Shown here piece by piece: positions 13,446 to 27,709 of a stretch of 64,000 nt of DNA. A program made the position numbers and the translations under genes. The stretch's first letter is position 1; every line of letters starts with the position of its first letter. The DNA comes from Ruditapes philippinarum (lineage: Eukaryota): positions 1 through 64,000 of the forward strand of contig NW_026862141.1 of assembly GCF_026571515.1 (NCBI RefSeq), in the 5' to 3' direction. The notes below the pieces were generated by a model. That model was not told the origin of the DNA and did not search any database. It worked only from the letters and a program-made list of their open reading frames with translations.

Positions 13446-14620
13446 TTGTTCATTTCTTATGTAGTTTATGCTAAGATAAGCAATTTATTTCTAGTTGATT
13501 GTCCAATAGATTTTATGTCAACTTATTTGTGCCCATTATTTCTTAATGTTTTGTTTTCCCAGTATGGAAAATGGGACAAAGTCTTTGTTTGTTAATCTGT
13601 CAATTATATTGTAATGTCCAGTATACATATTTGTGTACTTGCAGTGTCCATATAAAAATAGTTGAAAACATTATTATTGTTTGTCATTTAAAAGGAGCTC
13701 TGCTCAGGTTCAAAGACCCAAAAGAAAATGAAATTCTTACCAAGGTCAACTGGGGCACTTAAAATGGAAAGAATATATGAAGGAAATATGCTTAAAAGTT
13801 ATGGTCAGAATTTAAACCACCTAACCCTCATGGTTGTTATTCAGATCAGAGCAGACACAATGGATGACATTCCAGGAAGTTTGCAGCCAGTTAGCTAGGT
13901 TATGTTGACTCAGATACCTTTCTTGTAGGAAAGTCACCATTATGATCATGGCTGTCTCTGTTTGAGACAATATAAAATGATATCAACAATAATGATTGTC
14001 AATTTAATACAGTTATAATAAACAAAATATATATAATAGTCTCACAAAAACCACATCTATTTTAGAAGTTTTGATGCCAAAACATGTTATAGATTGTACA
14101 TAAATTTTCAGTTATTGTTTAAGTATATTGATTTGTAATTAAATAGGTTCATATTGGGCCAATTCTTCGAATATTTCAATATAAAAGAGTATAAAATTGT
14201 TTTAGGATGTTAAAATCTTATATAAAATGCTCCTTTCACTTAGATAGAAAAAATTGTTTATAAGAAAAAGTAAAGAAAAAGAGTTTACACAAGTCACTTG
14301 TTTGATTACATCTAACAAATATAATTACTGCCAGTATATAGATACATGGACACAATATTAGAGTGAAGTATATATTATTTCCCGAGGGAGCAGGCATGAT
14401 TAAATGGTGGGAATGTTAGAATGAAGCCTGCAATTACAGCCTGTCACCTACAGCTGCACTCACTCCACCTCCTAGAATGGACATACCATGTATATTTGTC
14501 AAGATGTCAATCCGACTGACACACGTTCACATTTGCCATTAATCAAATGAGATTATTTGAGTTGTTGTTTTTTTTATGAGAGATTCTAAATGACATTGAA
14601 TGGATTAATTTAGATATCTG

Positions 14621-14710
14621 AGACCTTCAGGGCCAAGTGGTTAAGGTCTAAGGCTTCTTCTCTGAGTTTTAACTCACGATGGTGGGGTTCAAATCCTGCC
14701 ATGTGTGAAA
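14621..14710 (+). mobile_element. tRNA-like SINE head remnant
   Basis: GGCCAAGTGGTTAAGG (A box) and GGTTCAAATCC (B box); no intact cloverleaf. Confidence 0.5.
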
Positions 14711-16112
14711 ATATACACATACTTAAGTGGCTATAGGACAATAAGATAAAATAGATTTCGTCATTTATTCAGTAAGCTATTATGTGGCTTCTCTTTCTCT
14801 TACATGGCTAGAACAATAGGGAGAACAAAAGGTTAGCCACATAAGTACCAAAATTTAAGGATGTGTGTATGGGGCAATTTCACAAAATATCTCTGTCTAT
14901 TTTCCTTGAAACATTGTAGGAATATTTATATGAATAGGGGGATGATGATCAACATGTTTCATATAAATCCATACAGTAGTTATTGCCCTTTGTAACTTCA
15001 AAAATTGGTAAATTGCCATATTGAGCCATATTTTACAAGCTGTTGATCACATTGTAATTTAACTCAGCAAGAATGTATATAATAGTAAGTCAATGTTGTT
15101 CATGAAATACTATCAAATTCTTAATTATGTCAACATACACATTGTGTTATTTATAGATTTGAGTCAGGAACATTGTATTTTATGAACATATTACATTTAT
15201 TTCAAATGTTTTGAAATGTTAGGTTTTGAAATTCGTGTGAAAGAATTGACTGATATTGGCATAAGAACTTCAGGAAGTGATATAAACAAATGGTCCCCAG
15301 TATTGACAATAAATTTACCAATGTTTATGCAAATGATTTTCTTTGAAACAATTGTCATATTTTCATTATCTAAGTAATGCTTTATCAGATTATTTGTAAC
15401 AGATTCTCATTTGTAACTGTATGTTAAAGTCATAATACAATCAACCAACAATGACACTTATTCTTTATCCAGATCTTCCTTATGAATATTACTAAGAGTG
15501 TCATTCAATGCTATACATTCATATCACAGTCAATGCTGAGAGAACAGTAAGATATTATAATAGACCTCAGCATCCCCTGGGATTTTCATAGGAAAACAAA
15601 TGGACATGTGCCAGCACTTTAAATTACCCAATTATTGCTATGTGTCCAGCTATCAATCTCAAATCACTGACCTTATACTCTCACAGTTTTCTGGGTAAAA
15701 TGATACTGTTGAAACAGTATTTTCTGATTGTCTCTTCCACTTTATAATGTTCAATATAATCATTATATGTAACTTTGTAGTATCCTTGATAATGGGGTCA
15801 ACATCCTAACACAGAATCACTTAACTTAAATGAATTCTTTTTTTATTTATTACTAGGATCTGTCCTGCTTTGAATTTTACAATATAAAGCAGATGAAATT
15901 TAAGATTTGTCAGGTTAGGCAAGTTATTAATGAAAGGGACTCCACTGTGGTCCATAACATTTGGAATTCTAACATAAGATCTATTGGTGCATATGAAATG
16001 AAAAATTATACAACAGATAAAACAGAAATATGCTCAGTATGAAATTGAAAATCAATTTTTATCAATTCTCAGGAACAATTTGAGTTTTAAGTGTTTAAAT
16101 GCTTTCCAGATA

Positions 16113-16876
16113 CCGTATAAGTACTTTAATTTCTGCGGGCTTAATATTCTGCGATTTTTATTAAAATAAGGGGTTTTAAATTTCTGCGTATCTTATTTCT
16201 GCGGTGTCATCATTCTCGCATTTATGTTTTTTATTTCTGCGTTTTAATTTAGATATTTTTACAAAATTAACCCATACAAATAGACAACATTTCAAGATTT
16301 GTTGATGTAACATGTACATTACTTCCGGTAACCATGCAGATGACTTATAATGTGTTTCATCATAATCATCATGTATCGGTATATAAACGTTAATAAACAA
16401 AAATCAACAACGTGCGTTTATTAATGACAACAATTAACTGTAATACTGCATGTGTATAAATATGTAGTGTGAAAAATAAACAATGGTAAAATTGCACGTA
16501 AACACAAGATATTGTGTACAAATACAAAAGGGTATGTTTATTGCACCCGTCACACTATAAAAGTTTTATTTTACAAAAAAAACAAAAAAACTTAGGGTGA
16601 GCGAAAATCATACAAACATGATATTTATTTAAACAGAAAGAACAAGTAAAGTAACTTTTTTTCTAATATATTATTCATGACAGATACATAAAGAAACATA
16701 TCTATAAAAGCCGATAACTCTACAGGGTAATGTAATTATACAGTACCGGTAGTTGACATATTCCGACATAGACATATGGAAAGGCTTAATTTTCTGCGGT
16801 TTTTAAATCTGCGGTGTCGTTACGAACCGCAGAAATAGCAGAAATAAAGTTCCCGCAGAAAAAAGTACTTATACGG
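16113..16876. mobile_element. MITE with CCGTA termini (Tc1/mariner superfamily)
   Basis: CCGTATAAGTACTTT...TTCTGCGGG left, CCCGCAGAA...AAGTACTTATACGG right; repeated TTCTGCG sub-terminal motifs; left TA, right TC. Confidence 0.82.
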
Positions 16877-17861
16877 TCATTTTGAGCAATAAAAATTATT
16901 ATTCAGGAAATTGTCTGAACCAACATGGTATAGTACACAAATCTTGAAGAAATAAATTCTTGTCTACCAGTTACACAAGCCCATGTATTAATATTATGAA
17001 CTGTGTAATCTGATCCTAACCAGAATATATTTTTCCCTCCTTTTTTGACAATGTTCAACATCTGAATAATTTTTGAATTTCACTGATAATTTAAGCATTC
17101 TTTGTTTCTTGCTTCTTCCATGACAAATATTCCCATGCATTATAGCTGGTAAAAGGGTGTTTTCTTTTTGACTATTTAACCAAAAGAAGTTAAAGTAGAT
17201 TACAAACAGGTAAATTATCTGGTGCTCATAGTCACTCTTGTGAAGACTCTACCAGTTAGCTTGGAAGAATTTGAGGTTGAATCGAGAAAAGAATGTTGGC
17301 TATTTTGTTTCTAGAAAATGTACCTCTTGACCAGGTTTTTACTGTAAAAGTGCACCTATATATAGTCTGATTTTATAGACCTGTCAATTATGAATACATT
17401 ATAGCACTCATTTAAATATTCAATACCACTGTAGTTTACGAGAATAGTTATGGAGTAATTATATAACTAATGTTTTGAAAAGTCACACCAGCTTAATATA
17501 TAGGTTGTCGTCACATCCACAAAAGCACTATAGGTTAAGTGATTGCCTAATATGTGAGAAGTCTATGGTTGGATCCCTTACTGTTGCCGTTGTTTTAGAC
17601 TAACATGTTCCCTTTCTTTATTTTTGCAGTATAGTTTAATGGAAATGGCCGAGTGCTTGCAATATTGTCTACACGGATATGAAGCAACTTAGAAACACTG
17701 TTTTGTCTCGATTTGTATTTTGTTTTATGGCATTGAAATGAAATTTATTGATATTGTAACTTGAATATATTTTGAATATATTAATTCTTAATCTATGTTA
17801 TCTAAAAAGAGTATAGATTTTAACAAAATAAGTGCAAAACATATTAAAAACAAAACAAACA

Positions 17862-18042
17862 AATTTGACTTAAACTTTATAGAAAATAAAGTTCTAATTA
17901 CCTCCCTTTATTAACATGAAATGTAAATTGGTTATATCTTTACATATAATTCTTTTTGGAATTTACAATATTGATAAATCTTCATTTGAGCATTATATTT
18001 ATGATATAAAACCATAAAAAAATTGAGTTACATGATCTTTAA
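17862..18042. mobile_element. Right-end fragment of the same TTAA MITE family
   Basis: Closely similar to 19650-19828, including ttctaattacctccctttattaacatgaaatgtaaatt and the gatctttaa end. Confidence 0.6.
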
Positions 18043-19179
18043 AAACAATCATAGCTTCAATAATGTTGTAAATAAAAATAAGAAAATTCATGGACCTAAC
18101 CTTTCTGTATCTAATTACAACATGTGGGACATATAGACATTTACCCTATTGGCTAAAATGCTGAGCACACAAATTAAATTAAATTGCATCTTACTGTGTA
18201 GATCTGGTGGACCTTACTGAAAATCTATCGGAGATTAATATGTTGTCTGTATTGACTGAATAATCAGTATGCAATTGACAGGTTAAAAAATCAAACAGTA
18301 ATAGTAATCAAAAATGTAATTGTACAAATTTCTTGATCACATAGAATAATTTTGACCTAACATCACTTTTTAATTTGAATGACATTACTGTCTAATTTGG
18401 CTGACTTACTGTTGTTAGTGTATGATTATGATTATGAATAACTTGATGTAAGCTTTCAGAATTATTTTATGTCTCCTGTCAGTCTTTTATCTTAATTTAC
18501 TGACAGAATTTTCTCTCCCAGACAAAATTACATTTGACCAAACCTTCATACACATATTATTCCTTAGATGACCGTCTTTTAAATTTCTTGAAATACTACA
18601 AGTCTGATTGTCATAGCAACCAAAAGGAAACACTTACAAAATCCACTTTTCAAAATTGCTGGACAGATTTCTGGGAAAGGATTCTAAACAAAATTTGATG
18701 ACATTATTTTGATCTGTCAATAAAAATATGTTCCTCATATAGATTGATTTTTATCCAAACCTTAAAATATTCTTCATGAAGAAGACGGAACACAAAGGAT
18801 ATAATAAATATATATCATTATAAGTGATGGAAAATAAGTTGATATAAGTTAGAAGTATTAACACAAAGAAGCTGTAAGAGAAAATAGCAGGGTTCATTTA
18901 TATTAGGTTAATGCCAGTATTTGCCTGTTAATTTCCAGCAGAAGATACTGTGATCCTTTTGTCTAGTAAAAAATACATGCTGTAAATATGTCACCAACAT
19001 TGTGATTTATTGCCTATTATTCACACAATTCCATCTGTGATTTTGTAATTAAAAGTTGTAATGAGTACATCAAGCTGATCTGTAGGACATCATTGAGGTT
19101 ACAGGACAAGTTGAAGTTATTTAGAGATATGCCAAGGTTATAGGATGGGATATGAGTAAAGGGTATGTTGAGGTTTAAT

Positions 19180-19460
19180 GTGACATGATGAGGTTAAATG
19201 TGGAGACATGATAAGGTTAAATGTGGAGACATGATGAGGTTATATTGGTTGAATATAAAAGACATGATGAACATGATGAAGTTAAATGTGGAGACATGAT
19301 GAGGTTATATGTGAAGACATGATAAGGTTGAATATAAAAGACATGATGAACATGATGAAGTTAAATGGGAAGACATGATGAGGTTAGATGTGAAAACCCG
19401 ATGAGACTATATCTGGAGGCATGCTGAGGTTAAATGTGAAGACCGTAATGAGGTTATAGG
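19180..19460. repeat. Minisatellite, about 23-bp unit GACATGATGAGGTTAAATGTGGA
   Basis: Direct periodicity, degenerate. Confidence 0.85.
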
Positions 19461-19469
19461 GCATATTAA

Positions 19470-19824
19470 TGGTCCTGCATGCTTTAATTTAGGCTGTTAC
19501 CACATTTTAGTGAAATTTTATATATGTATATGATTATGCTTCTAAAACAATTTTCGAACATCAAAGACTATGTAAAATATGTACTGCAAATATTTGTCCA
19601 CATTATATGTAATCATTAAAATATATGCATTCAATTCTTATTGAAAAAATTGACTTAGACTTTAAAGAAAATAAATTTCTAATTACCTCCCTTTATTAAC
19701 ATGAAATGTAAATTTGGTAATATCTTTACAAATAATGCTTTTTGGAACTTACAATATTGATAAATCTTCATTTGAGCACTATATATATGATATAAGACCA
19801 TAACAAAATTGCGTTGCAGGATCT
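19470..19824. mobile_element. TTAA-flanked MITE (Kolobok-like)
   Basis: TTAA-TGGTCCTGCA ... TGCAGGATCT-TTAA; its right ~180 bp recurs at 17862-18042. Confidence 0.6.
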
Positions 19825-20899
19825 TTAAGGCTTTAAGAAAACACATGAGAAAACTTTTGGTAGTTACATGTTATATTGGGATGCTACCAACAGTAAACAG
19901 TAACCCTTGTAACTTCCTTACAACCTACCCGATCATTTATCAATCAACAGTGCAGTCAGTTTACATATAAATGTCAATAGTATGTAAATATGGACTTACC
20001 ATATAGAGGGTTGTTTTGTTAGGAATTATATTCAATGTATTGTAATATATTAAATGTATTGTTATATTAATGAACGGAGCTTTCATTTTAAGTTATCTAT
20101 TTTGCTATGTTTTGTTTTCTATGCAAAACTTTGATTTGATTTTTGTCAACAATTTTCAACAATTAATTTCATGCTAGTTCACTTATAACATTCCTACAAG
20201 TAACCTTTATTTCATTCTTCCCTTCCTGACCAGTTTTCTGTCCAGTTGGCCTGTATTAATTATGCTGCATTGTTTGCTCTTACATATTATCTCAAAGTCT
20301 GACATACGAAGGTTCTTTATTCTTGATCTCAAGCTTTGACTGTTAATTATAAAACCTATGTCACATGTATAGACCTTAAAAGGACAGCTGGTTTATTATT
20401 GAACACCATCAAAGTTTTAAACAAGTGTTCAAGTATTTTTTACACCAGTTCAGCTGTTTAAGCATAAACTTCTGTTACCAAGTGGTCAGTCTAAAACAAT
20501 CATGAAAGTTTATGGTGTCACACACACTGTTGACACTTTATTTCTACACATACTAAACAAGAATCAATAGTTTGAGAGATTTGTTTGTTAGCGCTGAAGT
20601 TAGGTATATACTTGTTGTAAGCAGCTTGCTATATTATGCAAGCAGTGCCCTATTTAGCATTAAATACAAACAAATTTTGTTTCTGGCATTAAGCAGACTG
20701 TTTGGGGAGGCTAAAGACAAATTGGGATAGAAGATTATTGATAGTTATTTCCAACATTTGGCGGGGACTTTATAACGGGCTTTCTAACGGTATTGGAAAT
20801 CAGTGTACACTTGGAATAGTGTTGCTGTAATAATTGGATAGAAAAAGTTTAGAACATTAATGTCATTGATTGTTGTCAGATTATTTTGGACTTGAAGAT

Positions 20900-20924
20900 A
20901 TGAATCTATCCAGTGATAAATGGT
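20900..20924 (+). CDS. PDE1: Candidate alternative first coding exon (MNLSSDKW), phase 1
   Basis: ATG, 8 codons plus T, then GTAAGT; preceded by a non-repetitive, CpG-containing UTR-like stretch (about 20580-20900). Confidence 0.45.
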
Positions 20925-21219
20925 GTAAGTTATATCTTTTATATCTTATCCTCATATTGTTTTAAGATAGTATTAAAACTTCAAATGTTAATAAAGTGTG
21001 TATCTTTTTATACATTTATTTGTTATATTTATTTTCTTATCTATCATTTTCTTGGACACAAATAACATGGTACATTTACACATTTTAAAATTCTATATAG
21101 CGTGAAATAGTTTGCCAAAATGTTTCACTCTCTAATAACAATGATAAATGACTGTTGCTAATAAATTGTCAATGTAAATACAATGATTGCATTGCCCTAC
21201 TTATTGTCCAGTAATTTTG

Positions 21220-21755
21220 GTTATATCCTAGCACTTGCCCCATCTTGGTGATTATCCTAGCACTTGCCCTGTCTTGGTGGTTATCCTAGCACTTGTCCCA
21301 TCTTGGTGGTTATCCTAGCACTTGCCCTGTCTTGGTGGTTATCCTAGCACTTGCCTTGTCTTGGTGGTTATCCTAGCACGTGCCTTGTCTTGGTGGTTAT
21401 CCTAGCACTTGTCCCATCTTGGTGGTTATCCTAGCACTTTCCCTGTATTGGTGGTTATCCTAGCACTTGCCCCATCTTGGTGATTATTCTAGCACTTGCC
21501 CCGTCTTGGATACTATCCTAGTACTTGCCCTGTCTTGGTGGTTATCCTATCATTTTCCCTGTATTGGTGATAATCCTAGCACTTGTCCATCTTGGTGATA
21601 ATCCTAGCACTTGCCCTGTCTTGGTGGTTATCCTAGCACTTGCCCTGTCTTGGTGGTTATCCTAGCACTTGTCCTGTCTTGATGGCAATTATAGCACTTG
21701 CCCCATCTTGGTGATAATTCTAGCACTTGCCCCAACTTGGTGGTAGTCCTAGCCA
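21220..21755. repeat. Minisatellite, 29-bp unit TATCCTAGCACTTGCCCTGTCTTGGTGGT
   Basis: Direct periodicity. Confidence 0.95.
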
Positions 21756-22404
21756 TTGTTTACCTGTTAATTATGTACAATGTTTAGAACAATCACATAA
21801 ATTGGTATATAACATAAATTGGTATATAACATGAATTGGTATAAGATAAATGGTTATATAAGATAACTTCTTTTTAAAATGTTATCAAAAACTCCATTCT
21901 AAAGGATAATCTTGAAAAAAGTTAGGTCAAAGAACTCTTGATTTAAATTTTGTTCTCAGAAACATTGATGTCTTGATAAATATTGGTAATTTGTGGGCAG
22001 ACTTCACATAAAATGCAATGTAATAAGATCATGACTTCAAAAGAATTTTTGCTTCAAGTGATCTGTTAATTATGTAAACACTGTTAAGCAAAGTGTCACA
22101 CTACACAAGTGTCCACAATTATAAGATGCAGCACATTTACACAATTAAGCTTTAGATTTATTTATTTCAAAGAAATTTAAGTAGTTAACTGTTTTTTATG
22201 TCAGTCCCTGCTGAAGTTTTGTAATTGAGTTGCCAAGCTTTGAATTCGGATCAGTCCTTTTCAGGGATGTCAATATGAGAATACAAATATTGAGGTACCA
22301 ACAGTATAGAGCTTAGTCAGGCTACACAGATGTGCAGGCTGGCCTTGCTCAAAGGCTGTTCACTTCCAGTTCCAGCAGATAAGGGTTAAAATATATAGCA
22401 AAGT

Positions 22405-23175
22405 CTCTAAGGCCATATATTACAGGACTGGTTCTATCTAAAGCCAGATATCTAACACCAGAAAAGACAGGTTCCATCTAGGGCCAGATATGACAGGTAC
22501 TATCTAAAGCCAGATATGACAGGTTTTATCTAAGACCAGATATGACAGGTTGTATCTAAGACCAGATATGACAGGTTGTATCTAAGGCCAGATATGACAA
22601 GTTTATGTAAGGCCAGTTATGACAGGTTTTATCTAAGACCAGATAATTCAGGTTCTATTTAAAGACAGATATGACAGGTTTATCTAAAGCCAGAAAAGAC
22701 AGGTTTAACTAAGGCCAGATATGAAAGGTTGTATCTAAGACCAGATATGACAGGTTTTATCTAACCAGATATGAGGGGTCCTATCTAAGGCCAGATATGA
22801 CAATTCTATCTAAGGCCATATATTAGAGGTTGTATCTAAGACCAGATATGACAGGTTGTATCTAAGGCCAAATATGACAGGTTCTATCTAAGACCAGATA
22901 TGACAGGTTGTATCTAAGACCAGATATGAGGGGTTCTATCTAAGGCCAGATATGACAGGTTTTATCTAAGGCCATATATTACAGGTTGTATCTAAGACCA
23001 GATACGACAGGTTTTATCTAAGGCCAGGTATCTAAGGCCAGATAAGACATGTTCTATCTAAGGCAAGGTATGTCAGGTTCTATTTAAGGCCAGATATGAC
23101 AGGTTTTATCTAAGGCCAGGTATCTAAGGCCAGATAAGACGGGCTCTATCTAAGGCCAGGTTTGACAGGTTCTAT
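22405..23175. repeat. Minisatellite, 27-bp unit TATCTAAGGCCAGATATGACAGGTTCT
   Basis: Direct periodicity. Confidence 0.95.
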
Positions 23176-23244
23176 GAATCAATCTCTTAAAGGACTCTTT
23201 GTTGATTTAACTAGAAGCTAGTTAGAATATTCTCTTGTTCGCCT

Positions 23245-23520
23245 GCCTACCTAATTCAGTTTTGGAGGGCATTGGACTTATAATCTAGGGTTCACTCAGG
23301 TTCGATCCTCAGGCTAGGTGTGAAATTTCTCGTACATTATGGTTATTTGTCTCTCACTGCTGACTTAGAAATCACGTGAGATTAGTTGTCAGACACTTGC
23401 AAGAAATTGGTAATTACTGGTAAGTAATCCAGGAAAACTGGTTTGGCGGATTAACCACAAGATCATGACCAAAAGAAAGTTAAAAATAGTGTAAAAAACC
23501 AGACAAACAAACAAAAACAT
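23245..23520 (+). mobile_element. Degenerate tRNA-derived SINE sharing its 3' region with the 8177 element
   Basis: B box GGTTCGATCC; tccaggaa..tggtt...atgac...gtaaaa segment and (AAAC)n tail as in 8307-8390. Confidence 0.6.
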
Positions 23521-24159
23521 TAAGAATATAGAGTATAGAATTACCACATATTTCATTCATGTATCATTTCTATAATGTTTTCATAAGACTTTTAAGTCTT
23601 CAACTATTCTAAGCATCTATTATTTTCCTCTTATTCTTTTACATTTTCAACTATCTCATTTACTTATATGTCTTCTGTGGCAGTGGTTTCTAAATTGTCT
23701 AAAGCTCAGAACTGTTACTTTTGTCTGTAATTTCAGCTTTCATAATTATATAAAATTATGTTAAAGTTGTCTTTAAACTTCATTCACTGTTAGTTAAAAG
23801 GTTCGTGTAACTGGGTTACATAAAAGCTAAGTCAGATAAATCAAATTCAAGAATGAAACAATCAAAGTGTTTAAAAACTTTTTTTCTGGTTACAGTTTGC
23901 ACTTTAACACCACACTTGTCACCTTAATACAGCACATTTTTCTGTGACATCTAGACATCTATTATCATTTTGATATTTATTGATACTTATATCCACTAGT
24001 TGTCATATTGACCTTGGCAAATTATTCTTGTGGCATTAGTTTTGTTTGTTTATACAAATTTATTTTAGTTTGATTGTGTTGAAAGCTATAAGCTTAAATT
24101 GAAACACTCTTGAATAATTATGTTCCACAAACTAACCAGTACTAAATAGCAATGAGTGT

Positions 24160-24260
24160 AATGTTTCTTTGCTTAATGAAACAATGACTTGCTCCTAACG
24201 GGGTCTGAACCCACATGGCATTAAATTACTAGTGTGGCGTGTTAACAACTTGGCCACCCA
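24160..24260 (-). mobile_element. Degenerate SINE head on the minus strand (CORE-like)
   Basis: Reverse complement reads GGTGGCCAAGTTGTTAAC...GGGTTCAGACCCC...TGTTTCATTAAGCAAAG. Confidence 0.4.
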
Positions 24261-24295
24261 ACCCCACATGTGAGGCATTCATGTCACATGCTCAA

Positions 24296-24972
24296 TTAAC
24301 CCTTTTCCTCATGAGCATATTGTGAAAAATGGCCGTTTTCATTGAAAAGCCTCCTGTTACAAGTTCAAACTGCTATGAAACTATGAAAAATGCTTCAATA
24401 CTAATCAAACTTGGCACAAATGTTGACTGGACCATTGCCTTTGTAACGACATGCTCAGTCTTAAATTTCCTGTTACCTAGCAATGAGGGGACATCTCAAA
24501 ATTGCCAAAAATCACTGTTTTGCGTTGATTTTTTCCATCAAAATTGATTTCAAAGTGCTGCAACTTCTCAATGGATTGAGATAGAGTCAAAGGCTTTGCA
24601 GCGTTGGTTACACATTACCTTATGATTGACCTGGGATCATTTTTAGCCTCTCACAATTCCGAATTTTTTTTGGGCCCCTGATGTACCTTCTTGATAGGGG
24701 GCAGCGCCGAAAAAGTGATCACTTTTTTTAGCAACATTTCCAAAACGAAAAACAGTGTTTTTGGCCTAAATATGGTAATTTTTCACTTTTTGAGGTCTCA
24801 AAAAAAGGGGGGGGGGGGGGGGGGGGTCGAAAAAGCAGTAAAAACACATCTATATGAAGTCTTGAAAGCTTTTGAAGCTGTCAACATTGTAATCTGTACT
24901 TTATTACATAATATTGCCTGTTCTAGTGAACATATTTTTTTGTATTCTATATATTTCTGTTTTGAAATTGAT
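24296..24972. mobile_element. piggyBac-like left-end fragment, truncated by the adjacent element
   Basis: TTAA-CCCTT start; composition distinct from the host intron; no matching right end found nearby. Confidence 0.35.
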
Positions 24973-24976
24973 TTAA

Positions 24977-25785
24977 GGGGTAAATTTGACCATGGGTAAT
25001 GCATTACCTCCACTTTGAAGAGTATTCAAATAGGCTAGAATCGCTTGTAAACTACATTGAAATTGAAGGGCGTGGGTTCAAACCCCAGACGGGGCAACTT
25101 TTTTTTTCTTTCTTTTTTTCTTTTTAACATTTTTTATGTATCTCCTTGATCCCTTATGGAAGAAAAAAAGTTTGATTTAAATTATATAATTATTTTAGGT
25201 AATTTTTTTGCTAAATAATGCCAAAATTTATAGCAAATATGATACCAGATACAGTGTATTTTCAAAGTTTGATAAAATAAAAACTACACGGTAAAAGTAT
25301 TTTATATTTCACATGATCAACTAAAATACCTTTGAAAAAATTTAGGCAAACTTTGAAAACAGACCCTCATTTCGATAAATTTTAGGGATAATTTGAATAA
25401 GGCATTTTAGATAGGGAAATGGTAAAATAAGTGTTAAAAGTGGGTGGGGTAGGGTAACATTTTTATACATATTAAGAACATTTTGTTTAGAAACAAACAT
25501 TTTGCTTGTGTAATGTGTTACCTGAATGTTATTATTTGTTTCTTAACAATGAGCAATAGAAAAACATTTTTAATAATGATGATTTTACAGATTATTTACA
25601 GTTTCCTCATTTCTGAAAATAAGCCCTTCTAATGGCAAAGTCTTAGTTCAGAAATATATCCATAACTCATAAACCACACGGTAAATTTTATTTAAATTTT
25701 GCATATAGGTGACCTTGAAGACATATAACTGTCCTATGTTGTCAATTTTACAGTTCCTTATGGTGCCCATTACCCATGGTCTACC
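24977..25785. mobile_element. TTAA-flanked non-autonomous DNA element (Kolobok-like)
   Basis: IR GACCATGGGTAATG (24988) / CATTACCCATGGTC (25768); TTAA at 24973 and 25786; internal B-box-like GGTTCAAACCC followed by poly-T. Confidence 0.55.
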
Positions 25786-27643
25786 TTAAAATGGATTATT
25801 AACGGAATGAAAAATTTAGGCAGCTGACAATATAATTTGGTGACAGCTTGCACAAAACTGCCCTGCATATTATTTTGAAATTACATTATGGTATTTTATT
25901 AAATGACAACACTTTTAGGAGACATAGCTAGTTAAATAATATGAAGAAAGTTTATGTTAGAAATCAATGTTCTTTATTTATGACAGTGCTGCTTCAAGCA
26001 ATGAAAAATAGTACATTTGTTTTTACATTAAAATTTAACTTGAATAGAAGACATGATTAGCTCCTCCTGGTGAGTTGTCAGCAGCCATGAGAAACTACTC
26101 CAGGTCTTCTTGTACAATGATAATTCTTTCTCTGCTATGTACCAAGAAACAAAATCTTTTTAGATGTATTGATACCAACTTTCAATAGATTCTGTTTCAA
26201 ACAATATTTCATGTTTTATTTTCCATTAAATTAATTTTCTTGCAGTAACAATACTTTTAATATTGAATTCTGTGATGAATTGCCCACAAACAATATTGTA
26301 GATACTGTTCTGAAAGCTTGTTAAAGATCAATTACAAACAAATTGAAGAAAATTGAAGTAATTCATTGTTCCCTGTAAAAATGGAAATTTGATCAAAGCC
26401 ATGATTGAAGAGGCAAACTTAATTTAAATACTTTATAATAAGATATATATAACTATATATAATTATATATGTTTTTACAGAAATAATACCAGTTTCACCA
26501 CTGAAATACATTTATGCACTTTATTCCCTATATATGTTATATTATAATAATAAAAAGAAATCATTAAAAAAACAATCTTTGTCAGTTTTTGTTATAATTT
26601 TTAAGAAAATTATTCTTAGCAAGATTGGTCAAATAATTATGTTGTTTTCGTGCCAAATAGTATTCATCTTATGGCGTTTGGTAGTTTCCCAGTGTACCTA
26701 GGTGGGGGAAAAAGAAATTACGAATCTTATTGTAAACTCAGATAGCCATTACTCAATCACAATGAATAATGATTATAAACATGGAACATAGGGCACTTTG
26801 TAATTTCTGTATTGTACAGTAGGTAATTTATCAGTCAGTGATTGGAACATTTATTTTAGTGGCTTCATATTTTCATTCAGAGTTAGGAAATATTGTATAA
26901 TACTTGATTGATGATTTAAGAGAGAGACAATATGAAGAAATATTTGGAAATTTTCATCTAATACAATACACAAACTGTAGAGGAAAACTACTATTTTTGA
27001 AACATTAACATCACAGCATATTGTTATATCAGTAAAAATTACAAACACTCAAATATTTTCTCTGAGACGTGTAATTTTGTGTGCCTTGAATTGCTCTCAA
27101 ATGATGCTGTATTGTATAACGAATAAGAAGATTGTTCGTAAAGACTTAATTAAGAAGAAAGAAGAAGCCATAAACCCTAAAGCTACTTACAATACCAACA
27201 ACAAAACAAATATTCACATACATGCTCATTATATTTTCTTTTTGACCGGCATTTTTTTTGTGCTGTTCTTTGTATAATATGTTTTTGATAAGGTCTTATA
27301 TAAATGAATTTAATCACCTTGTAGAAGAAATCGATGTGTATCCAGTTACTGTCTTTGTCTCACATTGTCTCAAGGGAGATTATCCCATTCAGCGCATTCA
27401 GCGTGTGGTACGAGATGTGAGATATTTTTATTCTTTTATGTCATTGATATGATAAGATTAAAAACTTGCTTCTTTTTCTATCGCATGTATTATTCAAGTA
27501 ATTTCTATTTTTCTATAGTATAGAAATGATTGGTTTCTTTAGAACTGTTGTCAGCAGGACCTCCCTATTTTAGCTTCAAGAAAAGTTGTTTTGTTTCCAT
27601 AGAAAACATTTTTTATAGTTTTTATATTATTTTATTATTTCAG

Positions 27644-27709
27644 TGGCTAATCCACCTGAAAAGTCCAAAGATGACAGTAATCTTACATCACGTAATGGAC
27701 AATTAGCTC
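27644..27709 (+). CDS. PDE1: Probable PDE1 N-terminal exon (ANPPEKSKDDSNLTSRNGQLA), 66 nt, phase 1-1
   Basis: Strong ttttattatttcag acceptor, C|GTAAGT donor, stop-free, phase compatible with the downstream exons. Confidence 0.7.

Noticed and set aside
13563-13900. Short ORFs MGQSLC... and MKFLPRSTG...
   Set aside because: No convincing donor in the required phase and no recognisable homology.
26053-26075. ATG...CTG|GTGAGT candidate first exon
   Set aside because: Phase 2, incompatible with the phase-1 acceptor at 27644.
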